NCBI GenBank assembly: GCA_965372795.1
Contig: CBDVDR010000021.1
Coordinates: 1 to 58,403 of the forward strand
Length of the DNA stretch: 58,403 nucleotides
Origin: an uncultured bacterium
GTDB taxonomy: Bacteria; Zixibacteria; MSB-5A5; GN15; FEB-12
Reading direction: 5' to 3'
The notes beneath the pieces are model-generated. The model saw only the letters and a program-made list of their open reading frames with translations, ran no database searches and had not been told where the DNA came from. Shown here in pieces: positions 1 to 8,959 of the stretch; positions within the stretch are counted from its first letter, which is position 1; every line of letters begins with the position of its first letter. Both the position numbers and the translations under genes were made by a program.

Positions 1-22
1 TGCTTCGGCAGGGGCTTTTTTT
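1..22 (+). terminator. Truncated intrinsic terminator at the window edge
   Basis: tgc-ttcg-gca hairpin tip, then GGGGC and a T-run; the left arm lies outside the window. Confidence 0.55.
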
Positions 23-75
23 ATGGGGGAATTTAGATTGTTGATTAATGAGAAAAAATAATTAGAGGAAAATTC

Positions 76-837
76 TTAATTTTGATTAGACGGTTCGTAA
101 GATATTCTTTTGAGAATTTCTACAATTTGCTCAATCTCAAATGGTTTTTCCAAAAAACCATCGGCTGTAAAATTCATTAGTTTGTTTTTGACATCGTCCT
201 GCGAAAGAAAACCAGTTATTAAAATTACCGGGAGTTTCGGTTTTAATTCTTTAATAGATTTAAGCAAAGTAATTCCATCCATATTCGGCATTCGAATATC
301 AGTAATAACAACATCAATTTCTTCTTCTTTGATTCTTTCAAGTGCATCCCCACCATTAGTAATGGTAAGAGCCAAATAGTTATGATATAAAAGAGAATCT
401 GCCATCATCAGAAGAAAAGTTTCGTCATCGTCTACGACCATGACTTTTTTTATTTTTCTTGGGATTCCGTTATATTTCGATGCAAGAGTATTTTCAATAA
501 GTAATTCAATATTTGAAATTCTAAACGGCTTTGCCAGAAATCCATTCGGAGCAACTTGTCCGATTATTTCGGGTGAGGCGACCCCGGTTATGAAAAGGAC
601 AGGCAAGCGGGGGTATAATTTTCTGATATTCTGAAGCAGTTCAACGCCATCCATCCGGGGCATTTTGATGTCGGTAATTACTAAATCAAATTCTTCTTTT
701 TCAAGAACTTCAATAGCTTCAACCCCATCATTGGCACAGACCGAACTATATCCTATGGCTTTTAAAGTATCACTAAGAAGGCTTAACAGATATGGATCAT
801 CATCAACAACAAGAATTTTTGAATCTTTTTCAATCAA
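76..837 (-). CDS. Response regulator with two tandem receiver domains and no output domain
   Basis: Two REC motif sets: ILVVDDD..ITDIKMP..FITG..FLAKPF and VMVVDDD..ITDIRMP..LITG..FLEKPF. Confidence 0.92.
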   Translation of the reverse strand: MIEKDSKILVVDDDPYLLSLLSDTLKAIGYSSVCANDGVEAIEVLEKEEFDLVITDIKMPRMDGVELLQNIRKLYPRLPVLFITGVASPEIIGQVAPNGFLAKPFRISNIELLIENTLASKYNGIPRKIKKVMVVDDDETFLLMMADSLLYHNYLALTITNGGDALERIKEEEIDVVITDIRMPNMDGITLLKSIKELKPKLPVILITGFLSQDDVKNKLMNFTADGFLEKPFEIEQIVEILKRISYEPSNQN

Positions 838-839
838 TT

Positions 840-2183
840 TTAGCTCCTTATAATTTTAAGCAGCTTATCAACATTTGAATCAAGTATCTCTTTCGTATTT
901 GCTTCAACATTCAAACGCAGAAGAGGTTCCGTGTTGGAAGGTCTTAAATTAAACCAAAAATCCTCAAATTCGACAGTAAGGCCATCCTCGCGATCCTGAT
1001 TTCCTTTTTCAAAGGCGGTGGCAACCGCCTCGATTTTATCAGCAATCGAGTCAACCCGGCTGTTAATTTCACTCGAACGGAAATATGGATCAATTTCGGA
1101 TATTAAGTCATGGAGTTCTCTTTTTTCATCTGACATTAGCTCCAAACAGACCAAAAAAGCGATCAAACCTGAATCAGCAAACCAGTTATCCCTAAAATAA
1201 AAATGTCCCGAATGTTCCCCGCCAAAAATTGCGTTATGGGATTTCATCAACGGTTTTATTAAAGCATGCCCTACTTTTGTACGAATTGGATTGCCACCCA
1301 TTTTCTCAACCAGTTCCGGAACAGCGTGGGAACAGATAATATTATAGAGAATTGTTTCATCGGAATTTTTCTTAAGGATTGATTTGGCAACCAGAGCTGT
1401 GACCATATCACCACCAATTTGATTACCCATCTTATCGAGCAAAAACATCCGGTCAGCGTCACCATCAAATGCGACTCCAAAATCAGCACTAACTTCGGCA
1501 ATTTTTTTCTGAAGATCTACCAGATTTTCAAGTTCTATTGGAGATGCCGGATGATTAGGGAAAGTCCCGTCAAGTTCAAAGAACAAACGGGTAACATCAA
1601 TCGGTAATTTTTCCAAAACCGGGGGAAGGGTCGCTCCCGCCATGCCGTTGCCGGCATCAATAACGATTTTGTACTTATCAATTTTTTCAATATCTACAAA
1701 AGAAAGACAGTGTTTGGCATACTCATCAGATATATCTTTGCGGACCATAATTCCTTTTGATGGAGATTTTGCCGGAAGAGTTTCTTCGATAATCATTTTT
1801 TTAATATGATTGAGCCCTTCCGATCCTGAAAGAGGTATGGCGTTTTTTCGACAGACTTTGAAACCGTTATATTCTTTTGGGTTATGGCTGGCAGTAATCA
1901 TGACTCCGCCATCATACTCATATTTACCAACCGCAAAATAAAGTCCATCGGTTGAGGTCAAGCCGAGATCAATGACATCAACTCCCATATCGTTGATACC
2001 CGAAGTCATAGCTTCAAAAAGTTCATCAGATGAGGTTCTCATATCTCTGCCAACGGCTATTGATTTTGGTTTTAGATAAGCAGCCAGAACATAACCGAAT
2101 TGATAGGCAATTTCGGAATTTATTTGCTCAGGGAAAATCCCTCTGATATCGTAAGCTTTAAAAATTGTAGAATCTATGTTCAT
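840..2183 (-). CDS. Phosphomannomutase/phosphoglucomutase
   Basis: FKAYDIRG N-terminus, ITASHNP phosphoserine loop, FDGDADR metal loop, GEHSGH, RPSNTEP. Confidence 0.95.
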   Translation of the reverse strand: MNIDSTIFKAYDIRGIFPEQINSEIAYQFGYVLAAYLKPKSIAVGRDMRTSSDELFEAMTSGINDMGVDVIDLGLTSTDGLYFAVGKYEYDGGVMITASHNPKEYNGFKVCRKNAIPLSGSEGLNHIKKMIIEETLPAKSPSKGIMVRKDISDEYAKHCLSFVDIEKIDKYKIVIDAGNGMAGATLPPVLEKLPIDVTRLFFELDGTFPNHPASPIELENLVDLQKKIAEVSADFGVAFDGDADRMFLLDKMGNQIGGDMVTALVAKSILKKNSDETILYNIICSHAVPELVEKMGGNPIRTKVGHALIKPLMKSHNAIFGGEHSGHFYFRDNWFADSGLIAFLVCLELMSDEKRELHDLISEIDPYFRSSEINSRVDSIADKIEAVATAFEKGNQDREDGLTVEFEDFWFNLRPSNTEPLLRLNVEANTKEILDSNVDKLLKIIRS

Positions 2184-2253
2184 TTTAGTTAACTCCTATA
2201 TTTACAAAAAGATAGGTTGTTAACAAGTTCGAGGCAAATATAATTTTAAATTG

Positions 2254-4578
2254 TTATTGTTTAACATCAGCCAAAACAGAAAAGAATGGATTCAACCTTA
2301 TCTTCTTTGGTTTTTGGTCCATTGGCGGTAATTCAATTTGATTTTCAAATTTATCAACGGTTAGTCGCATATAGTATTTACTGCCATTTTTGAACTCAAT
2401 CTCTATAGGAATGAGCATTTTGAAGTCTTCACTTACTCCTTCCTGCTTAATATTGCAAGTGACATAATACAAATCGTCATTTTTTTTTCTAATTTTATAT
2501 TTGAATTTATAGGTTGGAAGTTCGTTTCCAAAAACCCATTGCTTGAAAAACCAGGTCAAATCAACTTCTGCGTATTTTTCAGCTATTTTTTTGAAATCAT
2601 GAGTAGTTGCTTTTTTACCATTATAAGTTTGATAATATTCTCTCATTATCCCCAGGAATTTTGCTTCATTAAAATTATCCAAATCTAATAATAAATTCCT
2701 TAACATATGTAAAACAAAAGCCGCCTTATTATATATTAACAAGTTGAAATCACCCCGCGTTGCAGAGCTTGAAGTTCTGTATCCTAATGCAATGGGTCCA
2801 GTCTCTTTTCCTGAACCCAATAGATATTTTCTGGCTGAATAAATCTCTTCTTGATATTGTTTTAATAATTTCTCAAGAGATACATTTCCACCGACTGCTT
2901 GCAGATATAAAAGAGAGCTATATTCGGCAAATCCTTCACTGAGCCATTTATCATGATAAGTTTCATATCCAACCCCTGCCCCCCACCATTGATGGGCTAC
3001 TTCATGAGATCGAAACATTCTTTCATAATTCCAATCATCTGTGGATTTAGCCCAGGTCCACAATCCAAGTTGAATATAGCCAGAATATGCCTGGCTGTGG
3101 CTTGCAATTATTTCAGTAATTGTGATGTTATCATTGATATAATCTCCAAAGTATTGTCCATAGAGATTTAAACAGTTCATCACATCCTGTGCTACTTGAC
3201 TTTCAGCATTTTTTGCTTTTGAAATATGTAAATTTAAAGATAAATCTCTATGCAATTTTTTCATATAATGAACTGTCACTTTAGTTCCTAACTCAGAAGT
3301 AGAGTCGAACTCGAGGAATTTCCCGATATTAAACGAAGCAAACGGTGTAGGTTTTTTTATTCGGTAATTAGTGAACAGAGTATCATCAAATATCTCATTT
3401 CTAATTTGCTCTCCAACAGCATCAAATCCAAAATCCTTTGGAGTTCTAAAATACATATCAAAAGTTGCACATTGACGATAGTTATAAGTAGGGTACCAAT
3501 CGGAACTTGCGCCAACAAACATAATGTCACCATGGCGATCAGATATTTCTCCATGGTTATAAAATGTGAGAGTTATATTTTCTCCCTTTTTCAGAGGACT
3601 ATCCAGAAATAAATATATTGGACCCTCACCTTTACCTGACATTTTCCAGCGGGAATAATTTAGGTTTATTCCCGTAGAATCCTGTAAAGAATCAACTTTT
3701 AAATATGGATGCAATTCAAATTTTAAAATTTGCGTATTCTCAACAAGTACTGTAAAATCCATATCTATAACACCAGAATATTTTCCCTTATGATCTACAT
3801 TTGAATTCGTTTTATAATGGGTTACTTTAATTTCATCTTTATTAATCCCGTTTATATTAGTACAATCTTCTTCAGCAATTGAAGAATAACTACAGATCAG
3901 TTCCAAAAATTTATTTTGAAATAGTTTCCCATATCGTTTAAGAAGTTGAATTTCTTCTCGTTCATAGGAATCATATAAATAGATCAATTGCCCGGCATCT
4001 TTTACAGAAGCATTAACGAGCAGAAAAGGATCGCTTCCGTGTGAAATAAGATTCCTCAGTATTTTGATTATATAATTATCCACTACATTCTTAGTGAAGT
4101 GATTTATAAAATCCTGTATTTGATTAACATCTGATATAATATTTTGTTTTGTTTCGCCTTGAGAAGCAGTTAATAATTGTTGGTAAATTCGTTCGTCAAA
4201 AAACAATAAGGCTTCATCAAAAGGACGATTAAGTGAATCCGATTCAAAAAAACGCTGCATTTGAAATTTCTCAATTGAGGGTATAGGATGGAAACGAAAC
4301 GAACCTTCACCCTTTATAAAGCAGCAAAAATATTTTTTTACAGAATCGATTTCAAATGGTTGTATAAAACTTATTTTGCCTGATTGAATATATAATTCGA
4401 AATCTTTATGTTTTAATGAAAAGTCTTCAAGTTGAAATTCATTTAGGATACCTGAAGGTTTCAGCAGAAAGTTGTTGAATTCTTTAAGTTGATCAGCATT
4501 AGCACCGAAAATATTTACACTTATGCAAATAATATATAGTAGTCCCATCAATGCTGTTTTAATCAATTTCATTATCAT
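2254..4578 (-). CDS. Secreted M1-family zinc aminopeptidase
   Basis: HEVAHQWWG...WLSEGFAEY (HEXXH-x18-E), YNKAAFVLHMLR, signal peptide. Start moved to ATG 4578 behind an AAGGGG Shine-Dalgarno. Confidence 0.85.
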   Translation of the reverse strand: MIMKLIKTALMGLLYIICISVNIFGANADQLKEFNNFLLKPSGILNEFQLEDFSLKHKDFELYIQSGKISFIQPFEIDSVKKYFCCFIKGEGSFRFHPIPSIEKFQMQRFFESDSLNRPFDEALLFFDERIYQQLLTASQGETKQNIISDVNQIQDFINHFTKNVVDNYIIKILRNLISHGSDPFLLVNASVKDAGQLIYLYDSYEREEIQLLKRYGKLFQNKFLELICSYSSIAEEDCTNINGINKDEIKVTHYKTNSNVDHKGKYSGVIDMDFTVLVENTQILKFELHPYLKVDSLQDSTGINLNYSRWKMSGKGEGPIYLFLDSPLKKGENITLTFYNHGEISDRHGDIMFVGASSDWYPTYNYRQCATFDMYFRTPKDFGFDAVGEQIRNEIFDDTLFTNYRIKKPTPFASFNIGKFLEFDSTSELGTKVTVHYMKKLHRDLSLNLHISKAKNAESQVAQDVMNCLNLYGQYFGDYINDNITITEIIASHSQAYSGYIQLGLWTWAKSTDDWNYERMFRSHEVAHQWWGAGVGYETYHDKWLSEGFAEYSSLLYLQAVGGNVSLEKLLKQYQEEIYSARKYLLGSGKETGPIALGYRTSSSATRGDFNLLIYNKAAFVLHMLRNLLLDLDNFNEAKFLGIMREYYQTYNGKKATTHDFKKIAEKYAEVDLTWFFKQWVFGNELPTYKFKYKIRKKNDDLYYVTCNIKQEGVSEDFKMLIPIEIEFKNGSKYYMRLTVDKFENQIELPPMDQKPKKIRLNPFFSVLADVKQ

Positions 4579-4597
4579 CAAATTTCCCCTTAATGTC

Positions 4598-5896
4598 TTA
4601 TTTATAATTTCTAACAAATTCCATACGTTTTGTCAATGCCGGATGGCTGTAAAACCAGAACTCAATAACCGGATGCGGGTCCGGGTCGCTTAGATTAAAA
4701 GCTGACAATTTGTCAAAAGCCGTTGCCGCTGTCTCTCCATCAACTCCGGTTATGTCCATACCGTAAATATCCGATTGATGTTCGTTGTAACGTGAGAAAC
4801 CGTTCATCACCGGATTCAAAATAAACATGATAAGATTCATGTATAAAATAATTAATGGAAGCGAGGCAATATCAGAAAGTTTTTCAAATTTGAATCTGCT
4901 TTTAAATCGATCAATGACTTTTTGAATCGTAACACTGGTCAGCCAGAGAGTAAATCCAAAAATTATAATAATCAGCGGAATCATCTGCCAGATATGATTA
5001 AGCACATAATGCCCCATCTCATGACCCATGACAAATCGAATTTCATTGGCTGTGAAATTATCAATCATAGTATCATATAGAACGATTCTTTTGGTGCCGA
5101 ACATGCCTGTCACATATGCATTAATTTTCGATGATTGTTTAGAAGCGTTTACCTGAAACACATCGGAACCCTCGATGCCTGCTTCAGAAGCGAGATTCAA
5201 TATTTCAGTTTCAAGCTGTTTATCTTTTAGTTCAGTATAATCATTAAACAAGGGAGAGATAAAAACCGGAACAATAATAATTGTTAAAATGATAAATGGA
5301 ATTGCTCCCAGAGTAAACATAAGCCACCAGCGTTTTACTTTGTCTATTACCCGGTATAAAAACCAGACCGGAATAATTGCAAAAGCCATTGTAATTAGAA
5401 GATTGAGCAGATCCTCACTAAACCATTCTTGAAAATTTTGATTCATAAAACCATAGTTAGATTCGACCATAAAGCTTCGATAGTAATGGAACGGGAAACT
5501 AAGAATATAATCGACAATGATAAACAAGATGAGATAGAGCCAGATAATGAAAAATTTCTTTTTTCCAGAATTGGCTAAATTGCGGAGTTTGGCAGATAGA
5601 CCAGTGAACAAAATTATACTGAGAATAAGTAAACCCACAAAAAATTCTACAAATCGCCATATATTTGTGAACTGAGAATATGATACGAGCTTCTCTTTTC
5701 TCTCAACTGACATTGGATATAGTTGGGTACCGTCATTGTTATAGATAACAGCTTTGACCGTGTCAGCAGTATTATTGAAGACTGCCAAACTGTCTGTGAT
5801 AGTGTCATTTTCTGTTTGAGCCGTTGAATTTGTTGGCAGAATAAATAACAATAATACTAAGACAGCTATAATTCGGCTTAGTTTTATAAAAATCAT
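4598..5896 (-). CDS. M48 (Ste24/HtpX-like) membrane metalloendopeptidase
   Basis: NAYVTG..KRIVLYDT, HEMGH, SRYNEHQSD, YSHPALTKR, several TM helices. Confidence 0.92.
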   Translation of the reverse strand: MIFIKLSRIIAVLVLLLFILPTNSTAQTENDTITDSLAVFNNTADTVKAVIYNNDGTQLYPMSVERKEKLVSYSQFTNIWRFVEFFVGLLILSIILFTGLSAKLRNLANSGKKKFFIIWLYLILFIIVDYILSFPFHYYRSFMVESNYGFMNQNFQEWFSEDLLNLLITMAFAIIPVWFLYRVIDKVKRWWLMFTLGAIPFIILTIIIVPVFISPLFNDYTELKDKQLETEILNLASEAGIEGSDVFQVNASKQSSKINAYVTGMFGTKRIVLYDTMIDNFTANEIRFVMGHEMGHYVLNHIWQMIPLIIIIFGFTLWLTSVTIQKVIDRFKSRFKFEKLSDIASLPLIILYMNLIMFILNPVMNGFSRYNEHQSDIYGMDITGVDGETAATAFDKLSAFNLSDPDPHPVIEFWFYSHPALTKRMEFVRNYK

Positions 5897-5994
5897 ATTT
5901 TCTCCAATTGTTTATTGGTTTTTACTAAGATAGCTTTTTACTTAATTTTAAGTCAAATAATTTATTACATAACTTGGTAATCTTATCCATTTTT

Positions 5995-6019
5995 TAAACT
6001 TTTATATCAAAATTACGTC
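5995..6019 (+). promoter_or_regulatory. ECF-type promoter candidate
   Basis: TAAAC-N16-CGTC about 45 bp upstream of the lipoprotein pair. Confidence 0.5.
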
Positions 6020-6063
6020 TATATATTTAGAAATGTAGAAAAATAAATTTAGAGAGGAAATGT

Positions 6064-6822
6064 ATGATTCGCAGTTTAATTTCTATATTACTACTCAGTT
6101 TATTTTTTATCATGGTTATCGGATGTGATGAAGATCCACCGGTTGTGACTGAAGATGCTGTACGAACGATTGTGGTAGCCAAAGTTCTCGTAAGGCCGTA
6201 TATCGACTGTCAGCTGTTTTTACAGCCAATTTATGGTCAGGAACTTGAAATTGACTCTGTTAAATTGGATGATTCGCTTTGTACAATCACCAAGAGAGCT
6301 TCTTTTGTTTACGGAAATAACTATTCCTACTTTGCAATATATACAGATGAATCTGATTCTTTGCGATATAGCGCCGGTGATAATGTGACCATCAGGATGT
6401 TTGAAGGTAACGACACAACCGCAGTTGAAATTTTATTGCTTGACTGGACAGATGACAGTCCTAATGTGATAACCGCTGAGTCTGATGCGGGAGTTGATGT
6501 TGGTGATCCGATTACAATTACCTGGAACAAAGTAGAGAATGCCGACTGGTATGGAATCTATCAATATTTTAGAACCGGGAGTTCATTTTTCCACGAATCA
6601 ACTCATGATTTTTTTGCAACATCTGATACTACATTTCTGATTCCTGGAACTTTTGTTAGCAGTGAAGGTACTTACCGAGTTAGAATTGAATCGGTTACCG
6701 GTCCGGTACCAAATATTGAATCTTACAATATAGATGGCACAACAACTGTCGGTTCTGCCTATGGGATTTCAGATAACAGGGTTCATGTTACAATAGTCGG
6801 TGACGGCGAAAGCGATTTATAG
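6064..6822 (+). CDS. Lipoprotein of unknown function (paralog 1)
   Basis: Lipobox VIGC, GAGG SD; shares PIYGQELEIDSVKLDD, ADWYGI and IxGDG with the next gene. Confidence 0.8.
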   Translation: MIRSLISILLLSLFFIMVIGCDEDPPVVTEDAVRTIVVAKVLVRPYIDCQLFLQPIYGQELEIDSVKLDDSLCTITKRASFVYGNNYSYFAIYTDESDSLRYSAGDNVTIRMFEGNDTTAVEILLLDWTDDSPNVITAESDAGVDVGDPITITWNKVENADWYGIYQYFRTGSSFFHESTHDFFATSDTTFLIPGTFVSSEGTYRVRIESVTGPVPNIESYNIDGTTTVGSAYGISDNRVHVTIVGDGESDL

Positions 6823-6843
6823 AAATAGTATGAAAGGCATAAA

Positions 6844-7701
6844 ATGAAAAAATTAATTTTATATTTGTTTATATCAATGCTTATTCTAAGCATCAATGGC
6901 TGTGATGATGATTCCAATGACCTCACTCCTCCTATTGGACCGGAGTCGCCCAGAACTTTAGTGACCGGCGCAATTATCCTTCGTCCTTATGTAGATTTTT
7001 TATGTTACATGACCCCGATTTATGGACAAGAACTTGAAATTGATTCTGTTAAACTTGATGACACCCTTTGTAAAATCGGAAAATCATACCGATATGCTTA
7101 TGGTAATAATTATCAGCATCACGCGGTATATTTCAATCCCGATGATTTTAATAATTACAATAGTGGTGACTTTGCAGAATTTATTTTTTATGAAGGAAAT
7201 ACGCCTGCATCTGTAAGTTTAAAATTGTTAAATCTCGAAGAGGACAAACCGACATATGTAGAATCTCTGGTTGATACCATTTTCGATGTCGGAGCAGAGA
7301 TAAATCTAACCTGGAATAAAAAAGAGAAAGCCGACTGGTATGGTATATGGATGATTCGGGTTACAGGATCTGGACATGATCGAGTCCATTCTGATTTTTA
7401 TGCGTACACTACCGATACAATCTTTTCTGTTCCAACTTCACAACACATGATTGATTGTTCATATACAATATTAGTAGTTTCCACCACAGGTCCGCAACCG
7501 GGGGCATATTCATATAATTTACAAGGTCGCACAATATTAGGTTCAATTTACAGTTATTCAGATGGTGCCAGAGTTGATATGATAATCGGTGACGGTGCGG
7601 GCTATGGAATTGATAAACAAAATCCGGAATATGTTAAACCATCTAAGTTGCCGGTTTCTTATGAAACAATAGTTTCAAAACTGATTGAAAATTTAAAATA
7701 G
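6844..7701 (+). CDS. Lipoprotein of unknown function (paralog 2)
   Basis: Lipobox INGC; tandem paralog of 6064..6822. Confidence 0.8.
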   Translation: MKKLILYLFISMLILSINGCDDDSNDLTPPIGPESPRTLVTGAIILRPYVDFLCYMTPIYGQELEIDSVKLDDTLCKIGKSYRYAYGNNYQHHAVYFNPDDFNNYNSGDFAEFIFYEGNTPASVSLKLLNLEEDKPTYVESLVDTIFDVGAEINLTWNKKEKADWYGIWMIRVTGSGHDRVHSDFYAYTTDTIFSVPTSQHMIDCSYTILVVSTTGPQPGAYSYNLQGRTILGSIYSYSDGARVDMIIGDGAGYGIDKQNPEYVKPSKLPVSYETIVSKLIENLK

Positions 7702-7710
7702 ATAGAAAAC

Positions 7711-7738
7711 AAAAAAGGCTGCCGGAAGGCAGCCTTTT
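7711..7738. terminator. Bidirectional intrinsic terminator
   Basis: AAAAAAGGCTGCC-GGAA-GGCAGCCTTTT between convergent genes. Confidence 0.9.
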
Positions 7739-7761
7739 GAAAATTATATATTACCTGCTTG

Positions 7762-8817
7762 TTAGGCTACGGTAACATCCTTACAAAGATATACATCCTG
7801 AATCGCATTCAATAATTCCACGCCTTCTTTTAATGGACGCTGGAATGCTTTTCTTCCTGAGATAAGCCCCATGCCGCCTGCCCGTTTATTGACAACAGCT
7901 GTTCGAACCGCCTCGGCAAGATCTCCGGCACCTGAGGATGCACCCCCGGAGTTGATGAGACCCATGCGGCCCATATAACAATTTGCTAACTGATATCTGG
8001 TAAGATCAATCTGGTTGTCGGTAGTTAATTCGTCATAAACTTTTTTATGAGTTTTGGCAAAATCTATGGCATTAAATCCGCCATTGTTTTCAGGAAGTTT
8101 TTGTTTGATAATATCGGCTTCAATTGTAACTCCAAGGTGATTAGCCTGCCCGGTCAAATCAGCGGCAACATGATAATCGGTGCCATCTTTTTTAAAGCCG
8201 CTGTTTCTTAAATAACACCATAATACGGTAAACATTCCCAATTCATGTGCCTGTGAAAAGGCTTCGGATACTTCCATCAGTTGTCTCATAGAGTTATCAG
8301 AACCGAAATAAATAGTTGCTCCCACTCCGGCAGCACCCAAATTGTAAGCATTCTCAACTTGAGCAAACATAATCTGATCAAATTTATTAGGGTAGGTCAT
8401 CAGTTCATTATGGTTCAATTTAATTATAAATGGAATCTTATGAGCATATTGCCTTGCAACTGATCCCAGAACGCCATAGGTTGATGCAACCGCGTTACAC
8501 CCGCCTTCAATTGCTAATTCTATAATTTTTGCCGGATCAAAATAAGCCGGGTTGGGAGCGAAAGATGCTCCTGCAGTATGTTCGATCCCTTGATCGACCG
8601 GTAAAATCGAAAGATATCCCGTACCGCCAAGGCGCCCGGTATTGTACATCGACTGTATTGATCTTAGAACATTAATCGGGCGGTCAGTTTTACTTATTAC
8701 CCGATCAATAAAATCCGGTCCCGGTAAATGTAATTGTGATTTATCAATTCCTTTTGAGGAATATGTGAGCAAATCTTTGTTTTTGCCCAGTAAAGCTTCA
8801 ATTTTCTTAATCATCAT
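7762..8817 (-). CDS. fbaB: Class I fructose-bisphosphate aldolase (DhnA/FbaB type)
   Basis: [52 protein letters not shown]. Confidence 0.95.
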   Translation of the reverse strand: MMIKKIEALLGKNKDLLTYSSKGIDKSQLHLPGPDFIDRVISKTDRPINVLRSIQSMYNTGRLGGTGYLSILPVDQGIEHTAGASFAPNPAYFDPAKIIELAIEGGCNAVASTYGVLGSVARQYAHKIPFIIKLNHNELMTYPNKFDQIMFAQVENAYNLGAAGVGATIYFGSDNSMRQLMEVSEAFSQAHELGMFTVLWCYLRNSGFKKDGTDYHVAADLTGQANHLGVTIEADIIKQKLPENNGGFNAIDFAKTHKKVYDELTTDNQIDLTRYQLANCYMGRMGLINSGGASSGAGDLAEAVRTAVVNKRAGGMGLISGRKAFQRPLKEGVELLNAIQDVYLCKDVTVA

Positions 8818-8901
8818 TTCTCCCCGAAATGGTTATTTATTATATAAAAAATTATAATAAGTTTAATATAAAAATCCAATTAAATTGAAAAAATAATGAT
8901 T

Positions 8902-8936
8902 AAAAAAAGAGTGTGCCTCCCCTCAAAAACACACTC
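8902..8936 (-). terminator. Intrinsic terminator candidate
   Basis: GAGTGTG...CACACTC stem with an A8 run on + (U-run on -); the loop is large. Confidence 0.55.
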
Positions 8937-8959
8937 AATTTCAACAGGAGAAAAATTAT

